Assembly (NCBI GenBank): GCA_043799545.1
Contig: JAZDNO010000004.1
Location: 1 to 64,000 of the forward strand
DNA from: Methanobacteriota archaeon
GTDB lineage: Archaea; Thermoplasmatota; Thermoplasmata; SG8-5; DAIRED01
DNA length: 64,000 nt
Direction of reading: 5' to 3'
The notes beneath the pieces are model-generated. The model saw only the letters and a list, made by a program, of their open reading frames with translations, was not told where the DNA came from and did no database searches. The translations under genes and the position numbers were made by a program. Of this stretch, positions 9,503-18,258 are shown one piece after another; position 1 is the stretch's first letter, and every line of letters begins with the position of its first letter.

Positions 9503-11005
9503 ATGCTGCCCCCGTGGCTGGAGATATTCGCGGCGGACGCGCTTTCAGCGTGGCGCAACACCGGGCGCAGGGCGAGGAAGAACGCCTTTTACACATTCTG
9601 GTTCGTTGTTCTGGCGATATTCGCCTTCAGCGCCGTGGCGTGGATAATAGCCTTCATCTCGCGCTCCGACGATCTGGTCGCTTTTCCCCTTGCAGTGAAC
9701 GACATCCTATTCCTATTCTTCATGGCCTTCGTCGGCAAGGCGCTTGTAGATTTCTACCACCTGCTCGTGGAGCGCCAGGCGACGGTATTCCTGCTGTCGC
9801 AGCCGATGCGCCTGAGGAACATCGTTGCCGGCAAGCTCCTCACTGTGTCGGCCTTCAACCTCGCCCTCCTCGCCCTGGGCCTCGGAATCATGACCGCGAT
9901 GACGTTCGTGAACATCTGGCTGTACTTCGTGATACCGCCTTTCATCGTTGCGGACTTGATAATACTCACTCTACTGGCCTCTTCCGTGGGATTCGCATAC
10001 TCGATATTGAGCGGGCTCTCCAGTTGGGGTCGCAAGTTCGCGGGCGCGGCCCTCTACAGCCCCATCGCAACGCTGGTCTGGCTGTTCACGATGGGGATGC
10101 AGCTGGACGGATGGGCGCTGACCCAGGCGTACCTCGCGACGTACCTGCTTTCCCTGGCGGTACTCCCGATACCGGCGTCATTCCTGGTGGAATCCTGGAA
10201 CACCCTGACAACGTCGAAGGCGACGTCCCACGCATCGCGGAGGAGGATGCGAGGTTCGATGCTCTCCGGGCCAATCAGGCGCCTTGCGGGGGCCAACGCT
10301 CTCGCGGTTTTCGAGAAGGAGGTCCGCAACCTGCTGAGGAGGCGCGAGGGCGTGGGCAACGCGATAACCCTTCTCGGTTTCGTCGCCTTCGCGTTCTACT
10401 TCTTCAACCAGCTCGATACCATGTTCCAGATGGAGGGGATAATCCTCAGGGTCATACCGGCGCTCGTAGTCGGGCTGTCCCTCTTCCTGGCTGTCGTGAT
10501 ACTGTGCGTGATTCCCGCGCTCGGCATAATCAGCAAGGATGGAAAAGGGGCCTGGGCGCTGAAGGTGGCGCCGGTGCCCGAGGAGGACATCGTGAACGGC
10601 AAAGCGCTGTCCATACTCCTCATGGCTCCGTTCATCGTCGTCGCCGTCGCGCTGCCGCTGCCGATTCTCTTGGGTTCGCCGCCAATGGCATGGTTGTACG
10701 CCTCGCTCGGAGCGATATGCATGTGCGCCGCCAGCACCGGCGTCTCGATATGGATCGGCGCCAAGTACCCGAACTTCGACGAGGCGTCGGGGAACGCGCC
10801 GGACGTGATGACGATGTACGTGGGCATGCTCGCGTGCATGATGCTCTGCGCCCTGTTGCTCCTCCCGCCGGTCGCGCTCGCATTCAGTGACCAGATTCTC
10901 GGACTGCTGTTGCTCATACTCTCTGTGGACATAGGATTCCTCGTCCTGCACCTCGGTGTAAAGGGGGCCGCACGTTCGTTCGCCAAACTAGAGCTGTCGA
11001 ACTGA
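9503..11005 (+). CDS. ABC exporter permease (about 12 TM, two ABC-2-like halves)
   Basis: Starts 4 nt after the ATPase stop; two hydrophobic halves with GKLL/GKAL motifs. Confidence 0.85.
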   Translation: MLPPWLEIFAADALSAWRNTGRRARKNAFYTFWFVVLAIFAFSAVAWIIAFISRSDDLVAFPLAVNDILFLFFMAFVGKALVDFYHLLVERQATVFLLSQPMRLRNIVAGKLLTVSAFNLALLALGLGIMTAMTFVNIWLYFVIPPFIVADLIILTLLASSVGFAYSILSGLSSWGRKFAGAALYSPIATLVWLFTMGMQLDGWALTQAYLATYLLSLAVLPIPASFLVESWNTLTTSKATSHASRRRMRGSMLSGPIRRLAGANALAVFEKEVRNLLRRREGVGNAITLLGFVAFAFYFFNQLDTMFQMEGIILRVIPALVVGLSLFLAVVILCVIPALGIISKDGKGAWALKVAPVPEEDIVNGKALSILLMAPFIVVAVALPLPILLGSPPMAWLYASLGAICMCAASTGVSIWIGAKYPNFDEASGNAPDVMTMYVGMLACMMLCALLLLPPVALAFSDQILGLLLLILSVDIGFLVLHLGVKGAARSFAKLELSN

Positions 11006-11041
11006 GCGAAACGGTTTTATCGCGCTCGACGATGGGCGTGC

Positions 11042-11710
11042 ATGGTCAGCGACCCGGTCGACCCCGCCTCTTACCCTCTTGCCTGGGACGAATCCTACTC
11101 CAAAAAAGGCCCGCAGTGGCGCGGAGGTCTCAACCTGTCCAAATACCTCGAAATGCTCGACCTGTCCGGGGCGGTCATCGAGATGGGCGCTGGAAACGGC
11201 AACGCCGCAGGCAAGCTTGCCAATGCCATGCCCGCCGGCTCGCGATTGGTCTGCTTCGACGTTTCCAAAAAAGCGCTGATGCAATTTTCCCAAAGGCTGC
11301 GCAATGATGGGCGTGTCTTTTCCGCGGTCGCGGATGCCCGCGCGACCCCTTTCCGCGAAGGCTCTTTCAATTCCGTCCTAGTCCGCCACGTCCTCACCCA
11401 TGCGATTCCCGGAGACGAATCGCGCATCCTTTCAGAGGTGCGGCGCCTGCTGTCTAAAAACGGGCGCGCGCTCGTGGAAGTATTCACACCCGAAGACATG
11501 CGGCACGGCAAGGGAAGGGATCTGGCCCCAGGCGTTTTCCTGCACGGCGGGGGGCTGGTGTGGCGATTTTTCAGCGAGGGCGACATACGCGAGGCAGTGG
11601 CCAAGGCCGGTCTCGAAATCCTGGAGCTCGATGTCGTTTCGAGACATGTGACCTTCAGAGGCAAGCGGTATCTCCGGGAGTCCATCGTCGCCATCGTCTC
11701 GCGCGAATGA
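11042..11710 (+). CDS. Class I SAM-dependent methyltransferase
   Basis: VIEMGAGNG motif I, CFDVS, ADARATPF. Confidence 0.9.
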   Translation: MVSDPVDPASYPLAWDESYSKKGPQWRGGLNLSKYLEMLDLSGAVIEMGAGNGNAAGKLANAMPAGSRLVCFDVSKKALMQFSQRLRNDGRVFSAVADARATPFREGSFNSVLVRHVLTHAIPGDESRILSEVRRLLSKNGRALVEVFTPEDMRHGKGRDLAPGVFLHGGGLVWRFFSEGDIREAVAKAGLEILELDVVSRHVTFRGKRYLRESIVAIVSRE

Positions 11711-11748
11711 AGGATACGTTTATCTCCACAACTTGAATAACGGCGGCG

Positions 11749-12858
11749 ATGAATCCCCTAGACAGGAAGGCGTTGCTCCAGCTTCTGATCATCGAGGGAT
11801 TGGTGACACTGGCCGGTTCCCTCGCAGGCGTCTTCAGCGTGGTTTTCCTAGTCACCCAAGGAGGGGCTAGTCTCCAGTCTGCCAGCCTCTTTTACGTCGA
11901 GGCTTTCGCGGTCGCGGTGGCGGTCGTGCTGCTCTCGTTCAGGCTCGGGGTAAAAAGGCCGCGCCTGATGATGCTCGCCGGTGTCCTTTTGCAAGGATGC
12001 TTCTACCTGTCGTTCGTCGTGCTCGAAGAACCCGCGCTTCTGATGGTTGCGCCGATATTCTTCGGCTGCTACATCGTCGCCTTCTGGGTCCCGTTCAATA
12101 TCCTCTTCCTCGAATTCACGTCGAAGGGCAACCGGGGCGAGATAATAGGCATAGTCTTCCTGGTGTTCCCCCTGGTCTCGATTTTCTCGCCAATACTGGG
12201 GGGTTTCCTGATTAGCAGGGTGAGCTACGACATGGTGTTCATATCCGCGCTGATTGCTTTGCTCAGCAATGCCGTCCTGATATGGCTTTGGCCCGTCACC
12301 GATTCCAAGCCTTTCGAACCCAAGCTCTCAATCGAAGGAATCGGCAAGCGGCTCTCGGCCGGCTTCTTCTTCGAAGGGGGGCAGGAGGGGGTGTGGTTCA
12401 CGTGCAACTCCCTTCTCGCGATGCTCTTCGCAAAGGACGAATTCGTGCTCGGGATACTGCTGGGGATTTTCGCGCTGGCGGGAGGTGTTGCAGTCGTCTT
12501 CATCGGACGCATTTCAGATAAAAAGGGCAGCAGGGCTCCATACGCAATCGGTGGTGCGCTCGCTTCCGCGCCCTTCATTTTCTTGGCGGCGACGACCCGA
12601 GACACAACTTTCTACGCCATCGCGATGATGGCCCTCAACTTCACCATCAACATGATGGCAATATTCCTCTTCACCATGTCGTCCGACCGAATGGAGCGCG
12701 ACATGCCGAGCCAGGCCATGACCCGCGAACTGCTGCTCAACGCCGGCAGGGTGGCCGGAGGGCTGATTTGCGCCCTCGTGATATTCATGACGGGGGACAT
12801 CCGGGTTGCCTTCGCTGCCTCGGCAATCCTGGTTGCCTGCGCGGCCATGGCAAAGTAG
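11749..12858 (+). CDS. MFS transporter
   Basis: About 12 TM segments; GRISDKKGSR loop motif. Confidence 0.85.
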   Translation: MNPLDRKALLQLLIIEGLVTLAGSLAGVFSVVFLVTQGGASLQSASLFYVEAFAVAVAVVLLSFRLGVKRPRLMMLAGVLLQGCFYLSFVVLEEPALLMVAPIFFGCYIVAFWVPFNILFLEFTSKGNRGEIIGIVFLVFPLVSIFSPILGGFLISRVSYDMVFISALIALLSNAVLIWLWPVTDSKPFEPKLSIEGIGKRLSAGFFFEGGQEGVWFTCNSLLAMLFAKDEFVLGILLGIFALAGGVAVVFIGRISDKKGSRAPYAIGGALASAPFIFLAATTRDTTFYAIAMMALNFTINMMAIFLFTMSSDRMERDMPSQAMTRELLLNAGRVAGGLICALVIFMTGDIRVAFAASAILVACAAMAK

Positions 12859-12897
12859 TCAAGGGATTGGCCAAATAGTTTTCTTTTCGCCATAGCG

Positions 12898-12936
12898 TGA
12901 AAAAGCGTTTTTTCAAAGAAATGATGAATATCATTT
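12898..12936. promoter_or_regulatory. Two adjacent 7-4-7 inverted repeats (putative operators) upstream of a TATA-like box
   Basis: TGAAAAA-gcgt-TTTTTCA (12898-12915) and AAATGAT-gaat-ATCATTT (12919-12936); TTTTATTA at about 12940-12947. Confidence 0.45.
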
Positions 12937-13000
12937 TGGTTTTATTAGGCACTTCGTCACACACACCAATGGGCATTTGCCCGGAGGTGATTGAACGAAA

Positions 13001-13483
13001 ATGAAAGAAGCAGCAGTATGTGTGATGTGCGTGATGCTGACGGCGACCACTGCACTGCCTGTGCGCGCGAGTGCGGGGTCAAATGCCACGCAAGGTACGA
13101 TGAACGTGGTCCTCGACACGCAGAACAATCTCCTGACGATAACCATCGTTTCGGAAACCCCGTGGGATTCTGCCATGAACTTTGCAATTGTCCCGAAGAA
13201 GGTTTTGATCGCGCCAGTGGACGAGAGAGGCGGCTACCAGGGCATGACGGCGGTGAAAATTGACGAGAAAATACACAGGGAGGTTTACAAGGTGATTCCG
13301 AAGGGCAATGCCAACGGGAACGGCGTGGTTGTGAGGTTTAATTGCAATCATACCGGACTGGCGGCGACTTTCTTAGACGAACGCACGGTGCGGCTGGGGC
13401 CATTTCACGTGAGCATCGACGGGCTTGTGACGGGGGGCGCGATACCGCTCACGATGGAACCGAACCAGATTGAGCCAAATTAG
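13001..13483 (+). CDS. Secreted hypothetical protein, 160 aa
   Basis: GGAGGTGA RBS; signal peptide ending VRA-SA; beta-rich mature part. Confidence 0.7.
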   Translation: MKEAAVCVMCVMLTATTALPVRASAGSNATQGTMNVVLDTQNNLLTITIVSETPWDSAMNFAIVPKKVLIAPVDERGGYQGMTAVKIDEKIHREVYKVIPKGNANGNGVVVRFNCNHTGLAATFLDERTVRLGPFHVSIDGLVTGGAIPLTMEPNQIEPN

Positions 13484-16097
13484 AAGATATTTTATGTTGA
13501 CAACTAGTTAAACCCTTTACCATCTCCATTTCAAACGGCTTATCTTGAACTTTCCTGGCATATAAAACCGCGGAACGATAGTATTTTCTAGCTTCTAAAC
13601 ATCGATTCATTTCAAGCAATACTTCACCTAAGAATGCATCAGCTCTGGCAATATCCCTCAGAGTTCCTACTTTTAATGATATTTTATGCCCTTTTAAAGC
13701 ATAGTCTAACGCCTTATCTAGATTGTTTTCTCCTCTGTAAATTAAAGAAAGATTCTGGTATATCGGTGCTGTTTTATCCGTTTCCCCCAATTTTTCTAAT
13801 ATTGAAATAGCTCTGAGTGAATTGATTTCTGCTAACTTATAATTGGGGGTCTTGATAAGAACTCCACCCGCATTTGCTAATGCGTAAGCGAGGAGTCTAA
13901 CATCACCTATACTCTCAATAACCTTTGCGGCTTTTTCATGATATTCAAGCGCCATTTTGTTGTCACCGATGGCAAAATAGCTCGATCCGATACCAGTCAA
14001 GGCTTTACTCAAACCTCTCTTATCACCCACATCTGTGAAAATCGATGCAGCTTTTTGCCTCATTATTATTGCTTGCGAAAAGTTTCCCTTCGCATGCTCA
14101 ACCCTCCCTCTACCGATTAACGCCTTCGCTAATAGCTTAGGTTTGTCAGATTTCTGTGCCTTATTAATTGCAATTTCGAATGCTTTCAGAGCATCATCAT
14201 TAAGGCCTCTTTTTAATGCAAGAGTGCCCAGCGAATATTGGCACTCTCCTTGGATTTCGGGAGATTCTGTTCGTTCTGAGATTTTCACCGCCTTTTTTAC
14301 GACAGTCTCCATATCATCCAGTTTTCCTCTTCTGAAATAAATCTCGCCCAGCCGCGTCAGAGCCAACGCGGCCTGCACATCATCGCCTTTGCCGCACGCC
14401 TTGCTGTACATCGTGGATGCTTCGTCCCATTCCCCCAATTGCTCGAACACGTCTCCTAAAATCCTAAAGTACTTTGCCGCAGAATTCGCAACCGGCCTGA
14501 AATTTTTTGCAATGTCCTTGACTTGAACTGCGATGCGCGGCGCCATGCCGAAGGTGACGATGGACTCCCCGAAATTCATAAGAAGCGCCGCTCCTCTTTC
14601 GTAGTCGCCGGCTTCCACTGAATGGTAGATGGATTCTACGGAAAAGAGTTCGCCGGGACGCGAAGAGTACATCTCTGCGATTCTCATATTTAACGACTTT
14701 CTTTCGTCTTTGCCCATCCTCGAAATCATGAATTCCTTTATTACCTCATGTATCTCGCAACCGTTCGTTTCGTCCTTCTCTATAAGACCGCGACCATCCA
14801 GGGACTCTACGTCATCGATCTTTATGTTTAAATTGTACAGTCCGTCCTTTTTAACCGGCATCCTGAGAAGAGCGAGTATCTTCAATGTGTTCCTCTCTGC
14901 CTTGGAAATTCCAGCAACGATCTCATCCTGGACATACTTTAGAAGTCCAAAATCGCCCGCAATACCGAGCATTGCACTCTTTATCAAGAGGGGATGGCCC
15001 CCCGTTTTTCTGATGAGGCTTTTTGCTATATCGCTCTCCCCATTCAATCCCTTGGGCAGAAGGTATGCTGCTGCGGGCGGGTCGAGGCCATCGATTTTCA
15101 TGTCCAACTGAACCCCCGCCATATGGATTCGTCTATCAACCATTTTAATATATTTACGGCTCGTAGTGGCTATCTTGATATTTTTATTTTTCATGGCAAT
15201 ATCCGTTATTGCTCTGATTGCCGTCAAGGCTTCCTCACTCGCTTTATGCAAATCGTCAAAAACAAAGACCATCTCAATGTTTTTTATTTCTTCGGTAAGA
15301 ATGTAGGATATCAGGCCGATGTCGACATCGCGCTCGGTTATGGGGTTCGATGCGAGTCTGTTTTCGAATGTGGAAAGAAAGGTTGATATCGCATGCGCAA
15401 CAGACCAGGGCGTGTCATATTCCCGGAGCTTGTACCAAAATACGTTACGATCTTGAATCCAGCCCCGAGCTACACGCGCGAGAAGCGCGGTCTTTCCTAT
15501 CCCCGCCATACCGACAATCGAGAGTATCTTCTCAGTGTTTGAACGATACCATTCGTTTATTTCATCCAGCTCGTCGGTCCTCCCATAAAACTGTTCGACT
15601 ATCGGCATCTCTGGACTCGCCCGGTATATGCCGCCACCTCTTCTTGCCCGGTCTCCGATAAAATTAGTGACATCAATGCTGTTAGTTCTTGTTGCTGTAA
15701 TAAGTTCAGTTAGGGAAGGTTTCCCAGGCATCAGCGATGGTGCATCGTACAAATTTGTAATGATCTCTTCCGAAGGAAATACCAATTTTACCTTTGTGTC
15801 TGCAGCGCGCTCATGTAATTTTATTACCTGCTGGTAACCGCTTTCCGTAAGTAAGTAGAATTGCATGCGTTTTCGGCATCTTTTAGGCCTTCCCACAAAC
15901 ATTTGTATTTGTCCTTTCTTCTTTAGGCTTATAAGGTATCTGGATACATTGAACGTCCTGATGTTCAGCAAGGAACTTATGCCCCTTTGTGTGATCTCTT
16001 GCGGGATGTCATACGTCTTGGTGGTGTGGTGCTCCTTCAGGCAGAGCAAAATCCTTTCCGCGACCGAGAATGTGTACGTGCTCTTTTTTGGCCTCAC
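13449..16097 (-). CDS. Winged-helix - STAND (NB-ARC-like) NTPase - TPR protein
   Basis: N-terminal ERILL...ITQRGI wHTH; FYGRTDEL; Walker A GMAGIGKT; Walker B FVFDDLH; GGHPL (GxP) motif; C-terminal TPR repeats. Confidence 0.88.
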   Translation of the reverse strand: MRPKKSTYTFSVAERILLCLKEHHTTKTYDIPQEITQRGISSLLNIRTFNVSRYLISLKKKGQIQMFVGRPKRCRKRMQFYLLTESGYQQVIKLHERAADTKVKLVFPSEEIITNLYDAPSLMPGKPSLTELITATRTNSIDVTNFIGDRARRGGGIYRASPEMPIVEQFYGRTDELDEINEWYRSNTEKILSIVGMAGIGKTALLARVARGWIQDRNVFWYKLREYDTPWSVAHAISTFLSTFENRLASNPITERDVDIGLISYILTEEIKNIEMVFVFDDLHKASEEALTAIRAITDIAMKNKNIKIATTSRKYIKMVDRRIHMAGVQLDMKIDGLDPPAAAYLLPKGLNGESDIAKSLIRKTGGHPLLIKSAMLGIAGDFGLLKYVQDEIVAGISKAERNTLKILALLRMPVKKDGLYNLNIKIDDVESLDGRGLIEKDETNGCEIHEVIKEFMISRMGKDERKSLNMRIAEMYSSRPGELFSVESIYHSVEAGDYERGAALLMNFGESIVTFGMAPRIAVQVKDIAKNFRPVANSAAKYFRILGDVFEQLGEWDEASTMYSKACGKGDDVQAALALTRLGEIYFRRGKLDDMETVVKKAVKISERTESPEIQGECQYSLGTLALKRGLNDDALKAFEIAINKAQKSDKPKLLAKALIGRGRVEHAKGNFSQAIIMRQKAASIFTDVGDKRGLSKALTGIGSSYFAIGDNKMALEYHEKAAKVIESIGDVRLLAYALANAGGVLIKTPNYKLAEINSLRAISILEKLGETDKTAPIYQNLSLIYRGENNLDKALDYALKGHKISLKVGTLRDIARADAFLGEVLLEMNRCLEARKYYRSAVLYARKVQDKPFEMEMVKGLTSCQHKISSNLAQSGSVPS

Positions 16098-16198
16098 AAA
16101 GGGTTATTGCTGGGCGTGGTCAAAAAGATTTCGCCAAGATAGTGCTACGCTCTCTATATTGGTTAATCCGTCGAGTTTGGAATTGCTCTGATAAATGC

Positions 16199-16951
16199 TC
16201 ATTCGGGAATGCTGGACAAGCGCTCAGCGTCCCACCTGTAAACCTTCATCGAGTTGGATACGGATTCCGTTGTGTCCCCGCATCTCTCTCGCATCTCCCG
16301 GATGACCGTGCAATGCAAGTCGTCTGGCATCCTCGTGGCCCAGGAGTATTCCCTCCGTTCTATCGTCCCTATCATCTCGTCCGTCCCGAGAGTCTCCTCG
16401 AACTCGCACACGGGCCAGATATCGTCCGGTTTCAACAGGCTGGCCAGCTTGCGCTCGTGCAAACCCAGGAATGCCGGACCGTAGCCGAGCTCGCCGAGCC
16501 TCTTTTCATAGATCGCCCTGGGCTCGTGGTATTTCTCGCGCTCCATGGCGACAGTGAACAACGAGCCCGAGGTCGCCCTTCCTATCTCGACCAGCGCTCT
16601 CCTCCAATCCGGTATCAGGTGCAGGAGGTGCACCATCAATGCGGCATCGAAGCTTTTGTCGCAAAACGGCAGGTCCGTCGCACTCGCCAGCACGAGATTG
16701 TTGAAGCCCTTTGCTCGCGCCCTGGCCATCATCCCTACCGCGAGGTCGACACCGATGATTTTCAGCCCCATTCTGGAAAGCGGCGCAGCGAACCGTCCCG
16801 TCCCGACGCCGACTTCAAGTACTCTCTCGCTTCCGCCCAGTTGCCTGAAGAGTGATTCCACAACTTGAGCCATCACGTCCTGCGGAAGGCTCCTAGTCGA
16901 GTCGTAGACATTTGCTATCGAATTGAAAACGTATGGGTTCTGCACGGTCAT
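16199..16951 (-). CDS. Class I SAM-dependent methyltransferase
   Basis: VLEVGVGTGR, GVDLA, LPFCDKSFDA; ATGA overlap with the upstream gene. Confidence 0.9.
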   Translation of the reverse strand: MTVQNPYVFNSIANVYDSTRSLPQDVMAQVVESLFRQLGGSERVLEVGVGTGRFAAPLSRMGLKIIGVDLAVGMMARARAKGFNNLVLASATDLPFCDKSFDAALMVHLLHLIPDWRRALVEIGRATSGSLFTVAMEREKYHEPRAIYEKRLGELGYGPAFLGLHERKLASLLKPDDIWPVCEFEETLGTDEMIGTIERREYSWATRMPDDLHCTVIREMRERCGDTTESVSNSMKVYRWDAERLSSIPE

Positions 16952-17718
16952 TGGCTTCCGTCCACCGTCTCGCCCATCTCCCGCTCGAGCTGGGCGAACT
17001 CCTTCGGCTCCATCGTCGTGGGGCTGACCGGGACTATGAGGATGCACTTTGTGCTGACGGCGGACTCGTTGAGCTGCTGGACGAAGCTGAGGACCGACTT
17101 GAAGCCGTTGTTGGCGATGAGGTATTCCAACCCCTCCAGGATAACAACGCCCAAGTTGCCGTTCCCGTCCATGAACGCCCTGATGTTGGAGAATATCCAG
17201 GGCAGCTTGTCGGGCGCGATTTTCTCGTCGTCGGCTCCGCCCGAGCCGTCCCTTCCGAGGCCGAGCGCGGACGGTGGCAGCGGGCTGCTCTCGTTTCCTC
17301 CGTCGGAGACGAGCCAGACAATCTTCGAGTCGGGAATCTTGTACCTGTTTTTCACAATGTCCGGGGGCGTGCGCGCCACGCAGAGCCCCTTCTTCCCGGA
17401 TTTCATGGCGTAGTTGAAGATGGCGAAGCTGCTGTCGGGCTTGACCTCCTTGATGAGGTAGCTTGTTCCCGCTGTGAGTTGCGGGTCCGGTTCCCTGCCC
17501 TGCTGGGGCGGCCTCGCCTGGCTCGCGGGGGCTTCTTGCGAAAAGGTGGGGTCCATCTCCTTCAGCATCGCATAGCGCTTGGACTTTATCATTATCTGGA
17601 ATTCCTGGGGAGTGTAGCCTTTGCCGCTCATCTTGAGGATCTCTTCCCAGGTGGCGTTGACGCCGTCCTTATATCCCTCGACGTATTCCTTGTTCCTGCC
17701 CCGCTTGTCCAAGCCCAT
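16948..17718 (-). CDS. DUF835 domain protein with N-terminal helical extension
   Basis: GTSYLIKE, GLCVARTPP, IVWL, VVILEGLEYLIANNGF pattern of DUF835; AGGTGG RBS before ATG 17718. Confidence 0.8.
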   Translation of the reverse strand: MGLDKRGRNKEYVEGYKDGVNATWEEILKMSGKGYTPQEFQIMIKSKRYAMLKEMDPTFSQEAPASQARPPQQGREPDPQLTAGTSYLIKEVKPDSSFAIFNYAMKSGKKGLCVARTPPDIVKNRYKIPDSKIVWLVSDGGNESSPLPPSALGLGRDGSGGADDEKIAPDKLPWIFSNIRAFMDGNGNLGVVILEGLEYLIANNGFKSVLSFVQQLNESAVSTKCILIVPVSPTTMEPKEFAQLEREMGETVDGSQ

Positions 17719-17770
17719 GTTCCACCTGATATGCGGTGTATGGAAGAATGCGCTAATAAGGATTGCGAGG

Positions 17771-18001
17771 CTAGTCGTCCAGCTTTTCGGCGAACGGGTC
17801 GCGCTTGCTGGCGCACCTCTGGCAGATGCCAGCGTCCGTGTTGTCAATCGTGATGTCGAGCCGCCCGCCGCAGGTGTTGCACCACTCGCGCACGCCCCGA
17901 AGTACGTTCACCCTGTCGCAGGCGTGCTCGAATTCGCGCATCTGCATGAACCGTCCGCAGAAAGGGCAGTAGTTGTCGGGCACCGCGCCTGTTATCAACA
18001 T
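17771..18001 (-). CDS. Small multi-Cys (Zn-binding) protein, 76 aa
   Basis: CPFC, HAC, CNTC and CQRC motifs. Confidence 0.6.
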   Translation of the reverse strand: MLITGAVPDNYCPFCGRFMQMREFEHACDRVNVLRGVREWCNTCGGRLDITIDNTDAGICQRCASKRDPFAEKLDD

Positions 18002-18081
18002 ATCGGATATAATCGTAATCCCACGGTCATCTCTACCATCCAAAATGTATATTAGCCACCTTTGGATATCGCACAATCCGA

Positions 18082-18154
18082 GCCCTGGTAGTGTAGCGGT
18101 CTATCATGAAGCCCTGTCGAGGCCTCGACTCGGGTTCAAATCCCGACCAGGGCG
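18082..18154 (+). tRNA. tRNA-Asp(GTC)
   Basis: Acceptor stem GCCCTGG/CCAGGGC; anticodon loop CTGTCGA; T-arm GGTTCAAATCC; no encoded CCA. Confidence 0.95.
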
Positions 18155-18155
18155 C

Positions 18156-18165
18156 TTTTTTTTTT
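18156..18165 (+). terminator. Oligo-T terminator after tRNA-Asp
   Basis: T10 run immediately 3' of the tRNA. Confidence 0.75.
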
Positions 18166-18258
18166 GACACTTATATTCGTGCTCTGGTCGTCACTCGCAT
18201 TAGACACCGGTCATTAAATGCGCTAATGCTCGCTCCCGACCGGGGCTTTGCATATGTT

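Noticed and set aside
12921-12927. Perfect box C motif (ATGATGA), suggesting a C/D sRNA
   Set aside because: No CTGA box D at 50-70 nt spacing; better explained as part of an inverted repeat
18082-18154. tRNA-Asp (and tRNA-Leu at 33539-33620) as integration sites
   Set aside because: No duplicated tRNA 3' end and no integrase seen in the window
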